Shown: positions 18,552 through 27,597 of the stretch, one piece after another | Layout of the letters: each line of letters starts with the position of its first letter | Position numbering within the stretch: the stretch's first letter is position 1 | NCBI GenBank assembly: GCA_016219595.1 | Contig: JACRLY010000021.1 | Span: forward strand, 6,083 to 70,082 | DNA: 64,000 nucleotides | Reading direction: 5' to 3' | Source: Ignavibacteriota bacterium | GTDB lineage: Bacteria; Bacteroidota; Ignavibacteria; Kapaibacteriales; UBA2268 | The notes under the pieces: generated by a model | Databases searched by the model: none | Told to the model about the DNA's origin: nothing | Seen by the model: only the letters and a program-made list of their open reading frames with translations | Made by a program: the position numbers and the translations under genes

Positions 18552-19058
18552 TTAAATCTCAATCTCCTCCGGCTCATTCTCATTCCTCACAACTCTCCAG
18601 TCATTTTCTTCGCGGTCGAAGTTAGCTATCTTTTCAATAGGCATTCTCAGGTATTTGCCTTCACCGGTTACTGCCACTTCACCATCGGGAAGAACAATTT
18701 CACCTTTTCCTTCAAAGGATCTGCCGGTCTCTTTAGTCAACCTGCCAATGACTTTCAATTCACAATCAAGTGGTATCTGTTTTCTGTATTTCGCATTAAA
18801 CTCAAGTGTTACCCCCCAGACTTCATCTTCATGATTCATCATAATTGCCCTGCCGATTGTTTCATCCAGTATAGTAGAAGCAATTCCCCCATGCAGTCTT
18901 CCGGGATAGCTCTGGTGCATTTCTGAGGGTTTGAATATTGCAATCAGTTCCTTTGTGCTTGTTTCATAAAATGATGCTTTCAATCCAAAAGGATTCTTCA
19001 ATCCGCAGACAAAACATAGTTTTGAGTTTGGCTGTTTTCCTGATATTTTGTATTTCAT
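18552..19058 (-). CDS. Hotdog-fold thioesterase (PaaI-like)
   Basis: 168 aa. N-terminal CFVCG zinc-ribbon-like motif followed by HGGIASTILDETIGRA, typical of PaaI/4HBT-type thioesterases. Confidence 0.65.
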   Translation of the reverse strand: MKYKISGKQPNSKLCFVCGLKNPFGLKASFYETSTKELIAIFKPSEMHQSYPGRLHGGIASTILDETIGRAIMMNHEDEVWGVTLEFNAKYRKQIPLDCELKVIGRLTKETGRSFEGKGEIVLPDGEVAVTGEGKYLRMPIEKIANFDREENDWRVVRNENEPEEIEI

Positions 19059-19103
19059 AGTTTCTATTAATTTTGGAAATCAAATAAATATAAAATAATA
19101 AAT

Positions 19104-19133
19104 AAAACCCACGATCTTCATCGTGGGTTTTAT
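19104..19133 (-). terminator. Rho-independent terminator after dnaK
   Basis: CCCACGA (19108-19114) pairs with TCGTGGG (19121-19127). T-rich flanks on both strands, so it is potentially bidirectional. Confidence 0.75.
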
Positions 19134-19168
19134 TATCAATCTCAATTTTATTTTAGATTATTTTTCGA

Positions 19169-21121
19169 TTACTTCTCATCCACAATTGTATAATCTGCTT
19201 CCTCGACATTGCCGGTTGAGCTTGTCTGGCTCTGTTCTCCACCTGCACCTGCTTGCTGCTGTCCGCCGTCGGTTGGACCGGGTCCGGGTTCTGCTCCGGG
19301 TGGAGGCGGCTGTGAGGCACCTGCCTGCTGGTACATGTTCGTAGAAGCATCGCTCCACGCTTTGTTCAGCTCATCCATTGCGGGATGCAGGTCGCCTGTA
19401 TTATCTTTTATAGCTTTTTCGAGTCTTTCCTTAGCAGCTACAATCTTCTGCTTATATTCAGGTGCGAGCTTATCACCAAGTTCCTTCAATTGTTTATCAG
19501 TCGAATAACACAAAGTATCAGCCTGGTTCCTTATATTAATTTCTTCACGCCTCTTTGCATCATCGGCAGAGTTTGCTTGTGCATCATGTTTCATCTTCTC
19601 GACTTCCTCCTTTGATAATCCGCTCGAAGACTCAATCCTGATGTTCTGCTCTTTACCTGTTGCTTTGTCTTTAGCAGCAACTGAAAGAATGCCATTAGCA
19701 TCAATATCAAATGTTACTTCAATTTGCGGGATACCCCTCGGTGCCGGAAGAATGCTGTCGAGATAAAATCTTCCGAGTGAACGGTTATCTTTTGCCATCG
19801 GACGTTCACCTTGTAGAACATGAATTTCCACAGATGTCTGACTGTCAGTAGCTGTCGAGAATATTTCCTGCTTCCTTGTGGGAATAGTAGTATTCGCTGA
19901 AATCATCGGTGTAGTTACTCCACCAAGAGTTTCAATACCGAGTGTCAAAGGTGTTACGTCAAGTAATAGAACATCGGTTACATCGCCTGATAACACACCA
20001 CCCTGTATTGCAGCACCAACAGCTACTACTTCATCAGGATTCACACCTTTTGACGGTTCTTTTCCGAAAAAGTTCTTCACCAATTCCTGTATTTTTGGAA
20101 TACGTGTTGAACCACCGACAAGAATAACCTCATCAATCTGTGTAGGTGTTACCTTAGCATCATTTAGTGCCTGTTCGACAGGTCTCAATGTCTTATCAAA
20201 AAGGTCAGCGCAAAGGCTTTCGAATTTTGCCCTGGTTATATTTATATTAAAATGTTTCGGACCTTCTGGTGTAGCAGTTATGAATGGAAGATTCACATCA
20301 GTTTGAAGCATTTGGGAAAGTTCGGTTTTTGCTTTTTCAGCAGCTTCACGCAATCTCTGCAAAGCCATCGGGTCTTTCCTCAAATCAATGCTTTCCTGCT
20401 TTCTGAATTCATCTGCAAGAAAATCAATAAGTCTCTGGTCGAAGTTGTCACCGCCGAGATGTGTATCACCGTTTGTTGATTTGACTTCAAATACACCTTC
20501 ACCGATTTCAAGAATAGATATATCAAATGTACCGCCGCCAAGATCATAAACGGCAACGGTCATGTTTTTCCCTTTTTTGTCAAGCCCGTAGGCAAGTGCT
20601 GCAGCCGTTGGTTCATTAATAATTCTTTTAACTGTCAATCCTGCAATTTCGCCTGCATCTTTCGTTGCCTGTCTCTGTGCATCATTGAAATAAGCAGGAA
20701 CAGTAATAACGGCTTCGGTGATTTTGGTGCCAAGATAATCTTCTGCGGTTTGTTTCATTTTCTGCAATACCATAGCTGAGATTTCAGGTGATGAGTACTG
20801 CCGTCCTTCTATGTCAACCCTGACCGAATTACCATCGCTCGATGGAAGTACTTTAAAAGGTACCATCGAAATTTCCTCGGTTACCTCGCTAAGTCTTCTT
20901 CCCATGAATCGTTTAATAGAATATACTGTGTTTGTCGGATTAGTAATAGCCTGACGTTTTGCAGCCTGACCAACAAGACGTTCACCTGATTTTGTAAAAC
21001 CAATAACCGAGGGAGTAGTCCTCGCCCCTTCGCTGTTTGCTATCACAACCGGAGTCGTTCCTTCCATTACAGCTACAACCGAGTTTGTTGTCCCTAAGTC
21101 AATTCCAATTATTTTCCCCAT
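19169..21121 (-). CDS. dnaK: Molecular chaperone DnaK (Hsp70)
   Basis: 650 aa. [17 protein letters not shown] and [12 protein letters not shown] motifs. G/P/Q-rich tail ending [11 protein letters not shown]. Confidence 0.98.
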   Translation of the reverse strand: MGKIIGIDLGTTNSVVAVMEGTTPVVIANSEGARTTPSVIGFTKSGERLVGQAAKRQAITNPTNTVYSIKRFMGRRLSEVTEEISMVPFKVLPSSDGNSVRVDIEGRQYSSPEISAMVLQKMKQTAEDYLGTKITEAVITVPAYFNDAQRQATKDAGEIAGLTVKRIINEPTAAALAYGLDKKGKNMTVAVYDLGGGTFDISILEIGEGVFEVKSTNGDTHLGGDNFDQRLIDFLADEFRKQESIDLRKDPMALQRLREAAEKAKTELSQMLQTDVNLPFITATPEGPKHFNINITRAKFESLCADLFDKTLRPVEQALNDAKVTPTQIDEVILVGGSTRIPKIQELVKNFFGKEPSKGVNPDEVVAVGAAIQGGVLSGDVTDVLLLDVTPLTLGIETLGGVTTPMISANTTIPTRKQEIFSTATDSQTSVEIHVLQGERPMAKDNRSLGRFYLDSILPAPRGIPQIEVTFDIDANGILSVAAKDKATGKEQNIRIESSSGLSKEEVEKMKHDAQANSADDAKRREEINIRNQADTLCYSTDKQLKELGDKLAPEYKQKIVAAKERLEKAIKDNTGDLHPAMDELNKAWSDASTNMYQQAGASQPPPPGAEPGPGPTDGGQQQAGAGGEQSQTSSTGNVEEADYTIVDEK

Positions 21122-21164
21122 CTAATCACCATATTTAAAAAATTTAACAATAAAATTATTATTT

Positions 21165-21211
21165 TTCAAAAAACAAAGGACAGCAGATAAGCCTATAAGC
21201 TCCTGCTATCC
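21165..21211 (-). terminator. Terminator between hsp20 and dnaK
   Basis: On the minus strand GGATAGCAG pairs with CTGCTGTCC (9 bp including one G-U) around a 16-nt loop. TTTGTTTTTTG follows. Confidence 0.55.
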
Positions 21212-21273
21212 ATAAAAAATATCAATATCGAATAATCAAAAATAAAATTTCAATATACGTTTTTCAATTTAAT

Positions 21274-21720
21274 TTATTTAATTTCAACAGTTTTCTCTTT
21301 CGGTTTAACCGGTTCGAGCTTAGGAACCGATAAATAAAGCATTCCGTTTTCATATTTTGCTTCGATTTTATCGGCAGAAGCAATGTCAGGAAGCTGGAAT
21401 GACCTCTCAAAATCTCCAAAGGTACGTTCACTCCTGCAGCAGACTTTTATATCGTTCTTTTTCTCGAACTTCTTCTCGCCTTTTATCGTGAGAATGTTAT
21501 CCTCGTCAACCGAAACTTTTACTTCATCCTTTTTTACACCGGGAACTTCAATATCAAAATATATATTCTTTTCATCTTCCTGTATATCGACTCTTGGTTT
21601 AAATCCCCCAAATTCAACTCTTGGTCTTGTTTCCGGGTTAGATACTGTCTTAAACATTTTATCAAACTCTTTTGTCAAATTTTCGAATTCCCACCAGGGA
21701 TTAAATTTTACAAATGCCAT
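21274..21720 (-). CDS. Hsp20/alpha-crystallin family small heat-shock protein
   Basis: PRVDIQEDEKNIYFDIEVPGVKKDEVKVSV...AKYENGMLYLSVPK. Start set to the ATG of MAFVKF, which follows SD GGAGGT. Confidence 0.9.
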   Translation of the reverse strand: MAFVKFNPWWEFENLTKEFDKMFKTVSNPETRPRVEFGGFKPRVDIQEDEKNIYFDIEVPGVKKDEVKVSVDEDNILTIKGEKKFEKKNDIKVCCRSERTFGDFERSFQLPDIASADKIEAKYENGMLYLSVPKLEPVKPKEKTVEIK

Positions 21721-21763
21721 AGTTACCTCCATCAATATTTTAATTATTATTATTTTTTATCTT

Positions 21764-21785
21764 GGGCAGACACAATGGTCTGCCC
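21764..21785. other. Perfect 8-bp GC-rich hairpin between the two hsp20 genes
   Basis: GGGCAGAC (21764-21771) pairs with GTCTGCCC (21778-21785). No T tract follows on the transcribed (minus) strand. Confidence 0.5.
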
Positions 21786-21822
21786 TTACATTTTGCATTT
21801 TTAATTATCAATTGTCAATTTA

Positions 21823-22260
21823 TTATGCAATCTTTACTTCAATTTCTTTAGGTTTTGGCGGCTCAATCTTTTTCAAACTCAATTCCAAAACACCATTCTC
21901 AAATTTTGCATTAATGTTTTCTACATCAATATAATCGGGTAGAGAAAAACTACGTGTGAAACTTCCAAAATTTCTTTCAGTCCTGATTAAACTCTTGTCT
22001 TCTTTCTTCTCTTCCTTCTTTTTCTCGCCCTGTATGGTCAGAAGCCTGTCCTCGTTAACCGAAACCTTTACCTGGTCTTTTGCCAGTCCGGGAAGTTCGG
22101 CATGGACAAATAAATTGTTGTCATCTTCTGTAATGTCAACTCTCGGGTTGAATGCTCCCATTTCGAAACTAAACCCTTTTTCGAAATCGTTCATAAAGTG
22201 GTCGAATTTGCGGCTTAATCTTTCAAAGCTTCTGTATGGTTCAAATCTGACTAATGTCAT
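21823..22260 (-). CDS. Hsp20/alpha-crystallin family small heat-shock protein
   Basis: PRVDITEDDNNLFVHAELPGLAKDQVKVSV...AKFENGVLELSLKK. SD AAGGAG. Confidence 0.9.
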   Translation of the reverse strand: MTLVRFEPYRSFERLSRKFDHFMNDFEKGFSFEMGAFNPRVDITEDDNNLFVHAELPGLAKDQVKVSVNEDRLLTIQGEKKKEEKKEDKSLIRTERNFGSFTRSFSLPDYIDVENINAKFENGVLELSLKKIEPPKPKEIEVKIA

Positions 22261-22412
22261 ATTATTTCTCCTTATAATTTATTCACATATTTATTTACAA
22301 AAATCATTTCGATTATTGAGAATTACGAAAAACGTGCCAAACAAATAATACTGCCATAATGTCATAATTTACTGAAAAGTCGTCAAATGGATTTAAAAAG
22401 TATATGAAAATT

Positions 22413-22461
22413 TGTCAGTTAGTCTGACATAAGATATTTTTTAGTCTATGTCATTTTGACA
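22413..22461. promoter_or_regulatory. Two palindromes sharing TGTCA/TGACA half-sites upstream of the hsp20-hsp20-dnaK cluster
   Basis: TGTCAG-ttagt-CTGACA (22413-22429) and TGTCA-ttt-TGACA (22449-22461), 150-200 bp upstream of the hsp20 start at 22260. Confidence 0.35.
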
Positions 22462-22561
22462 CATTGATTAAATTATTGCTCTTTCTGTTATCAATCAAGT
22501 GTAAAATTGCAAGTATTGGATGGTATAAGAAATTTTGGGCACTGAAATTCGAGTTAAATGC
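22451..22561 (-). pseudogene. C-terminal relic of a YgbA-like (nitrous-oxide-stimulated-promoter family) gene
   Basis: The minus-strand frame gives SNFSAQNFLYHPILAILHLIDN. The intact paralog at 27095-27439 reads MRFSGPKMLIYHPIHAILHLIDN. A stop lies immediately upstream. DNA identity is visible at 22487-22546 vs about 27133-27192. Confidence 0.5.
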
Positions 22562-22901
22562 TTATTTTCTTTTCCCTGCTGATTTAAAGTAAAGTTGCAC
22601 CACTAACAATTTGTGATTCATTACTATATTATTTAAAAAGATACAATGTAAATTAATTAAACCACTATTTATTTATCTGTCTTTATTATGTAGTTATAAT
22701 AGTAAGAATATTCACATTTATAAAATCAGTTTCTATTTAATTACTACTTAATAATATGTTGACAATAGCAACATTACGTTATAAAAAAAATCAAGAATTT
22801 TTTTTCTAATATAAAATAACTAATTTGAGATTTTATAGAGAAATTAAAGACAGTGTAATGACTATAATATAGAACTATTTTAATTTAGTGAGTATCAAAT
22901 G

Positions 22902-22913
22902 TGATAATTATCA
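22902..22913. promoter_or_regulatory. Fur-box-like palindrome upstream of TonB-dependent receptor A
   Basis: TGATAATTATCA is a perfect 6+6 palindrome built from GATAAT-type hexamers, 48 nt upstream of the ATG at 22961. Confidence 0.35.
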
Positions 22914-22960
22914 ATTGAAAAAGAAGTATTTATATTTAAATTATTTTTTTGTAGTTAAAA

Positions 22961-25036
22961 ATGTATTACAGTAAATTAATTCAAAAAATATTTATTTGTG
23001 CCTTTTCCAACTTTGAAAAAAAAGACTATTTCAAATTATTTCTAATCTTTTTGAGTATTATTATTACAAACCAAAGTATTTATTCTCAAATTTCAGATGA
23101 CTCAACAAAATACTATGAATCACTAATAAAGATGCTCGAGAGTAAAATAGACATTGATTCAAAATATGAAAAAACAGCCTCTAAATATATACAATCGGTC
23201 TTAGATGCACCTGCTTCTGTTTCGGTAATAACTTCTGATGATATTGAAAGGTATGGATATAAAACAGTAGCTGAAGCCTTAAACAGTGTAAGAAGTTTTT
23301 ATATTAGAAACGATAGAAATTATGAATATGCAGGAGTTCGCGGCATTGAACTTCCCGCTACATATAACAGTCTAATATTAATGCTATTAGATGGACATAT
23401 AATGAATGATAATATTTATTGGGCACCTTTTATAGGCAATGATTTTTCACTGAATATGAATCTAATTGACAGAATTGAAATAATAAGAGGACCTGGTGCT
23501 GTATTATATGGGACAAGTGCGGTAACTGCAGTAATTAATATAATTACTAAAAGCGGTAACACATTGGATGGATTAAATATTTTGGGAGGTACTGGTAGTT
23601 ATCGTAACCGTAAAGCTTGTATTAATTATGGAAATACTATTTCTGACATAATAGATTTAAGTATTTCTGCCCAATACGGTCATTCGAAGGGTAGGGATTT
23701 GTATTTCAAAGAGTATGATGCAGATTCAACAAATCATGGATGGGCTGAAGGAATTGATGGGGAAGAATATTATGGAGTTTATTCATCATTAAAATATAAA
23801 AATTTAAAACTAACAGGTTTTTATTCTATTCGAGAAAAAGAAATACCTACTGCTGCCTGGGAAATGACTTTTAATAAATTATCAAAGAGTACCGATATCA
23901 GGAGTTTCCTGGAAATAAAATATGAAACTTCAATTTCAAAGGATTTCAATTTTTCTTCGAGAATTTTCTATGATAATTATAAATATAAAGGATATTTTCC
24001 GTATGAACTGGAACAATATGAAATAGACAATGGAAATTGGTTAGGTGGAGAGTTTGAATTTATTTGGGATATATTTTCAGATAACAGGCTTACTTTGGGA
24101 GGGCAGGCAAAACGTAATTATCAAGCCAGGATATATCTGTGGGATGACTCGACAAATTTCTTTGAAGGTGATTTTCCTTACAGTTTATTTTCGGTTTATT
24201 TGCAAAATAATTTTCAGATTTTAGAAAATTTATCTGTTGGAATTAGCTTGAGAGATGAATATTTTGAACTTACAAAAAGTAATTCTTTATGTCCCCGAGC
24301 TTCAATAATATATAATCCTTCCAGCAACAGCTCTATAAAACTACTATACAATAATGCATACAGAGACCCTAATATTTATGAAATGTATTATAATGACGGC
24401 GATTTATCTGAAAGTAATCTTAATTTAAAACCAATAATAATTAATTCAATTGAAATTTTATATGAACAAAATATTGGAGATAACCTTTTAGGAACTGTAT
24501 CGTGTTTTTATAATAAAATTAATGATATTATCGAATCAGTTCTGGACTCTTCAAACAACCTTAATCAATTTAGAAATATTTCAAATGTTAATACTATAGG
24601 AATGGAATTTGAAATCCAATCCAAGTTTAAATCAGGTCTGTGGAGCTATTTGAGTTTTTCATTTCAGAGGTCAAAATATCAGGGTACTAATGAATTTGTT
24701 TTAAATTCTCCTGAATATATGCTTAAAGGAGGTATTTCTTATGGATTTTTTAATTATTTGTTTATTGGTTTAGATATTGATATTGAATCGGGTAGAAAAA
24801 CCATATATAACACTTGGACCGAACCTTTTTGTATAAATAATCTGAGCTTTTCATTTTTACCTCATTCAAATTCAGTTAATTCAGAGGAGGAGTTGATTAA
24901 CAGGCTCAATTTTACTTTTAGAGTAAATAACTTATTTGATGTTCAATATGAACTACCAGGAGGTCCCGAAAATTTACAAAATGCTTTTTTGCAAAACGGG
25001 GCAAATTTTATTTTTGAGACCTCAATAAAATTTTAG
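22961..25036 (+). CDS. TonB-dependent outer-membrane receptor (module A)
   Basis: Plug motif DAPASVSVITSDDIERYGYKTVAEALNSV, then IEIIRGPGAVLYGTSAVTAVINIITK. Long beta-barrel ending in a terminal F. Confidence 0.85.
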   Translation: MYYSKLIQKIFICAFSNFEKKDYFKLFLIFLSIIITNQSIYSQISDDSTKYYESLIKMLESKIDIDSKYEKTASKYIQSVLDAPASVSVITSDDIERYGYKTVAEALNSVRSFYIRNDRNYEYAGVRGIELPATYNSLILMLLDGHIMNDNIYWAPFIGNDFSLNMNLIDRIEIIRGPGAVLYGTSAVTAVINIITKSGNTLDGLNILGGTGSYRNRKACINYGNTISDIIDLSISAQYGHSKGRDLYFKEYDADSTNHGWAEGIDGEEYYGVYSSLKYKNLKLTGFYSIREKEIPTAAWEMTFNKLSKSTDIRSFLEIKYETSISKDFNFSSRIFYDNYKYKGYFPYELEQYEIDNGNWLGGEFEFIWDIFSDNRLTLGGQAKRNYQARIYLWDDSTNFFEGDFPYSLFSVYLQNNFQILENLSVGISLRDEYFELTKSNSLCPRASIIYNPSSNSSIKLLYNNAYRDPNIYEMYYNDGDLSESNLNLKPIIINSIEILYEQNIGDNLLGTVSCFYNKINDIIESVLDSSNNLNQFRNISNVNTIGMEFEIQSKFKSGLWSYLSFSFQRSKYQGTNEFVLNSPEYMLKGGISYGFFNYLFIGLDIDIESGRKTIYNTWTEPFCINNLSFSFLPHSNSVNSEEELINRLNFTFRVNNLFDVQYELPGGPENLQNAFLQNGANFIFETSIKF

Positions 25037-25037
25037 T

Positions 25038-25613
25038 ATGAAAAGTATATTATTAATAATCATAGCTTTAAACTTTGTGGTTCCGGAAATATCTGTGTCC
25101 CAGGAGATTTCAGTTCCTGTAATTTATCAACTTCAAATATTTAATAAGATACTTTATTCAAACCGGAATTTCAATTCAATAGACAAGAATAATATTGAAA
25201 TATGTATTATTTATCAGAAGAAATTCAGGTTATCATCCGAGCTGAAAAGCCAGGTCTTATCATTCATTGAAGAAAATAGCAGTTTCAAAGAACTTGGGAA
25301 TAAAAAAATTAATTTTAATGTTTTATCAATTGAAACTGAAAAAACACTTGACAATTTTTTAGAATCGAATAAAGTAGATATTATAATGGTTACACCTTTG
25401 AGGGCTGTTGATATTGAACAATTAGCAAAAATAACAAGGAAACATAAAGTATTAAGTTTTAGTTTTATTCCTGAATATATCGAATCCGGATTAAGTGTAG
25501 GTATCGGCTCAAAAGCGGAAAGACCTCAAATATTGATTAATTTAAAGGCTTCAAAAGAGGAAGGGGTTGATTTTAGTTCACAATTATTAAAACTGTCAAG
25601 AATTATTGAATAG
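25038..25613 (+). CDS. Periplasmic YfiR-like (DUF4154-type) protein (module A)
   Basis: Signal peptide. C-terminal GLSVGIGSKAERPQILINLKASKEEGVDFSSQLLKLSRII follows the YfiR tail pattern (G..i.f....f.iN...a...g..is..LL.lA). Starts 1 nt after the receptor stop. Confidence 0.55.
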   Translation: MKSILLIIIALNFVVPEISVSQEISVPVIYQLQIFNKILYSNRNFNSIDKNNIEICIIYQKKFRLSSELKSQVLSFIEENSSFKELGNKKINFNVLSIETEKTLDNFLESNKVDIIMVTPLRAVDIEQLAKITRKHKVLSFSFIPEYIESGLSVGIGSKAERPQILINLKASKEEGVDFSSQLLKLSRIIE

Positions 25614-25616
25614 TTT

Positions 25617-27044
25617 ATGAATTTATTGAAATCTTTAAATAGAAAATTCAAAAACCTTTCCTTCAGGAGAAAATTCGTATTCTCCTTTATTATTCCGATA
25701 TTTTTCGCATCTTTATTCATTTACTTGTATATACCTGCCAGAATTGAAACTCAGGCTCATGCATTTATTGCAGACAAAACCGAAGGGATATCCAATATGA
25801 CTTCCTATGCGATAAGTTCTGCTCTTTTCTATGAAGATAAGGAAACCATTAAAGAGTCCTTTAATATTATAAAACAGGATAAAGAAATTCTTTATGCAGT
25901 AGTGACAGATTTATCTAACGAATTAATTTTTTATTATAACCAAAAACTGGCTGAGGAAAATTGGTATAAAAATGATTTAAATAATCAGGAAGCAACAAAT
26001 ACTTCTGTTTTTAAATATAAAAAAGTAATTATTTACAATAATAACAAGGTTGGAATTTTATATCTGGGTGTATCACTTACGAATATAAACAAGCAGATAA
26101 CTGAAGTCAGAACATCAATAGCAACAATAAGCATTATATGTTTTATTATAGCTTTAATTATTGTGTATGGTATAGGTGATTATTTATCAAAGCCATTAGA
26201 GAAAATTGAAGAAACAATTGGTAAAATTTCAGACGGAGAAATTTCAAAAAGATTAGAATACAATTATAATGATGAGATTGGTCATTTTGCTAAGTCTTTC
26301 AACCAAATGCTCGATGAATTGGAGAATACTTTAACTGAACTGAAGCAAATCAATGCAGAAAAGGACAAATTCTTTTCAATTATTGCTCATGATTTGAAGT
26401 CACCATTCGCCGGATTTCTCGGTCTAACCCAAATTATGTCTGAGCAAATGCAGAACCTTTCACTGAATGAAATTCAGGATTATTCAAAAAGTCTAAAGGA
26501 GTCAGCTGCTAACCTATATAAATTATTGGAAAACCTTCTTGAATGGTCAAGGATGAAGAGAGGATTAATAAGCTTCAGCCCCGATAATATCATACTCTCG
26601 CAGTTAGTAAATCAAAACATAGAAATTATAGCTGAAAGTGCAAAGCAAAAAGAAATAACTATTACCAGTTCAATTCCAGAAGGGACTATGGCTATAGCTG
26701 ACAGTCAAATGCTGAATACAGTAATAAGGAATTTAATATCAAATGCAATAAAATTTACAAATCATAACGGAGAAATTCTAATTTCTTCTGAAAATATTGA
26801 TAATGATATGATTAAAATATCTGTTAAGGACAATGGAATCGGCATGGATGCAGTTATTTTGGGAAACCTGTTCAGAGTTGATGTAAAGGTTTCTCAAAGG
26901 GGGACTGATAATGAGCCAAGTACGGGAATTGGGCTTCTTTTATGCAAGGAATTTGTCTATAAAAACGGTGGCGAGATATGGGTCGAAAGCACTGAAGGCA
27001 AGGGCAGTACTTTCCATTTCACTGTGCCGGTTTTGAAAAATTAA
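25617..27044 (+). CDS. Sensor histidine kinase: 2 TM, periplasmic domain, HAMP, HisKA, HATPase (module A)
   Basis: HAMP (LSKPLEKIEETIGKIS...FNQMLDEL). H-box FFSIIAHDLKSPF. N/G boxes NAIKFT, DNGIGM, GIGLLLCKEF. Confidence 0.9.
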   Translation: MNLLKSLNRKFKNLSFRRKFVFSFIIPIFFASLFIYLYIPARIETQAHAFIADKTEGISNMTSYAISSALFYEDKETIKESFNIIKQDKEILYAVVTDLSNELIFYYNQKLAEENWYKNDLNNQEATNTSVFKYKKVIIYNNNKVGILYLGVSLTNINKQITEVRTSIATISIICFIIALIIVYGIGDYLSKPLEKIEETIGKISDGEISKRLEYNYNDEIGHFAKSFNQMLDELENTLTELKQINAEKDKFFSIIAHDLKSPFAGFLGLTQIMSEQMQNLSLNEIQDYSKSLKESAANLYKLLENLLEWSRMKRGLISFSPDNIILSQLVNQNIEIIAESAKQKEITITSSIPEGTMAIADSQMLNTVIRNLISNAIKFTNHNGEILISSENIDNDMIKISVKDNGIGMDAVILGNLFRVDVKVSQRGTDNEPSTGIGLLLCKEFVYKNGGEIWVESTEGKGSTFHFTVPVLKN

Positions 27045-27094
27045 TTTAAACCTCATTTTAGAAATAATAATTTACAGTTATCATAAGTAGAATA

Positions 27095-27439
27095 TTAATT
27101 CCTTATTGATTTCACCTCATTCTTTTTTATCCAGTTATCAATCAAATGTAAAATTGCATGTATTGGATGGTATATTAACATCTTTGGTCCGGAAAAACGC
27201 ATTACTTGCCGGATTTTCTCCCTCTCAACAGATTTATAGCAATGAATCGAGCAGTTTAGGCAGGTTGGTTTGTCCTCATCGAATGGGCATTTATCTAATT
27301 TCTTCATTACATAATCGAACATTCCGTCGCAATCACTGCATAGAGTCCCCCTTGAGCCATGCTCCAGCCTGCAGTATAGCTTAATCATAGCTCCAACGGT
27401 AATTTTTTCTCTCTCTATTCTGCTTTTGAAGAAAATCAT
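27095..27439 (-). CDS. YgbA-like nitrous-oxide-stimulated-promoter family protein (Cys-rich)
   Basis: 114 aa. KLYCRLEHG...LCSDC...KCPF...KPTCLNCSIHCYK is the pattern characteristic of this family. Confidence 0.7.
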   Translation of the reverse strand: MIFFKSRIEREKITVGAMIKLYCRLEHGSRGTLCSDCDGMFDYVMKKLDKCPFDEDKPTCLNCSIHCYKSVEREKIRQVMRFSGPKMLIYHPIHAILHLIDNWIKKNEVKSIRN

Positions 27440-27472
27440 TAGAATTATTTGTTAAAAATCAAATGTGAAACG
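27431..27472. repeat. 42-bp repeat copy 1 (start codon and upstream region of the YgbA-like gene)
   Basis: 37/42 identical to 33563-33604 by hand alignment. Confidence 0.8.
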
Positions 27473-27597
27473 ATAGATGATGATTAATAGTTTTATTCTA
27501 AAATCGATATATTCCCTTGTATTTTTATAACGAATTTATTATCTTTAGGAAGATGAATTTTTCCTTTTAGTGAGTAAAATATCATGAGGAAAGACTA

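Noticed and set aside
19123-19615. Cluster of 60-99-aa ORFs on both strands in a locally GC-rich patch
   Set aside because: They overlap the G/P/Q-rich C-terminal tail of dnaK. They are shadow ORFs produced by low-complexity GC-rich coding sequence, with no SD or independent signal.
22322-22340. Sigma-54-like TGGCAC (minus strand, 22334-22339) about 75 nt upstream of hsp20
   Set aside because: The -12 element is poor (TCGT instead of TTGC at the correct spacing), and no enhancer-binding-protein gene is nearby.
21383-22348. 183-aa and 130-aa plus-strand ORFs
   Set aside because: They are antisense shadows of the two hsp20 genes. Their Ser/Phe/Leu-rich composition is typical of reverse-frame translation.
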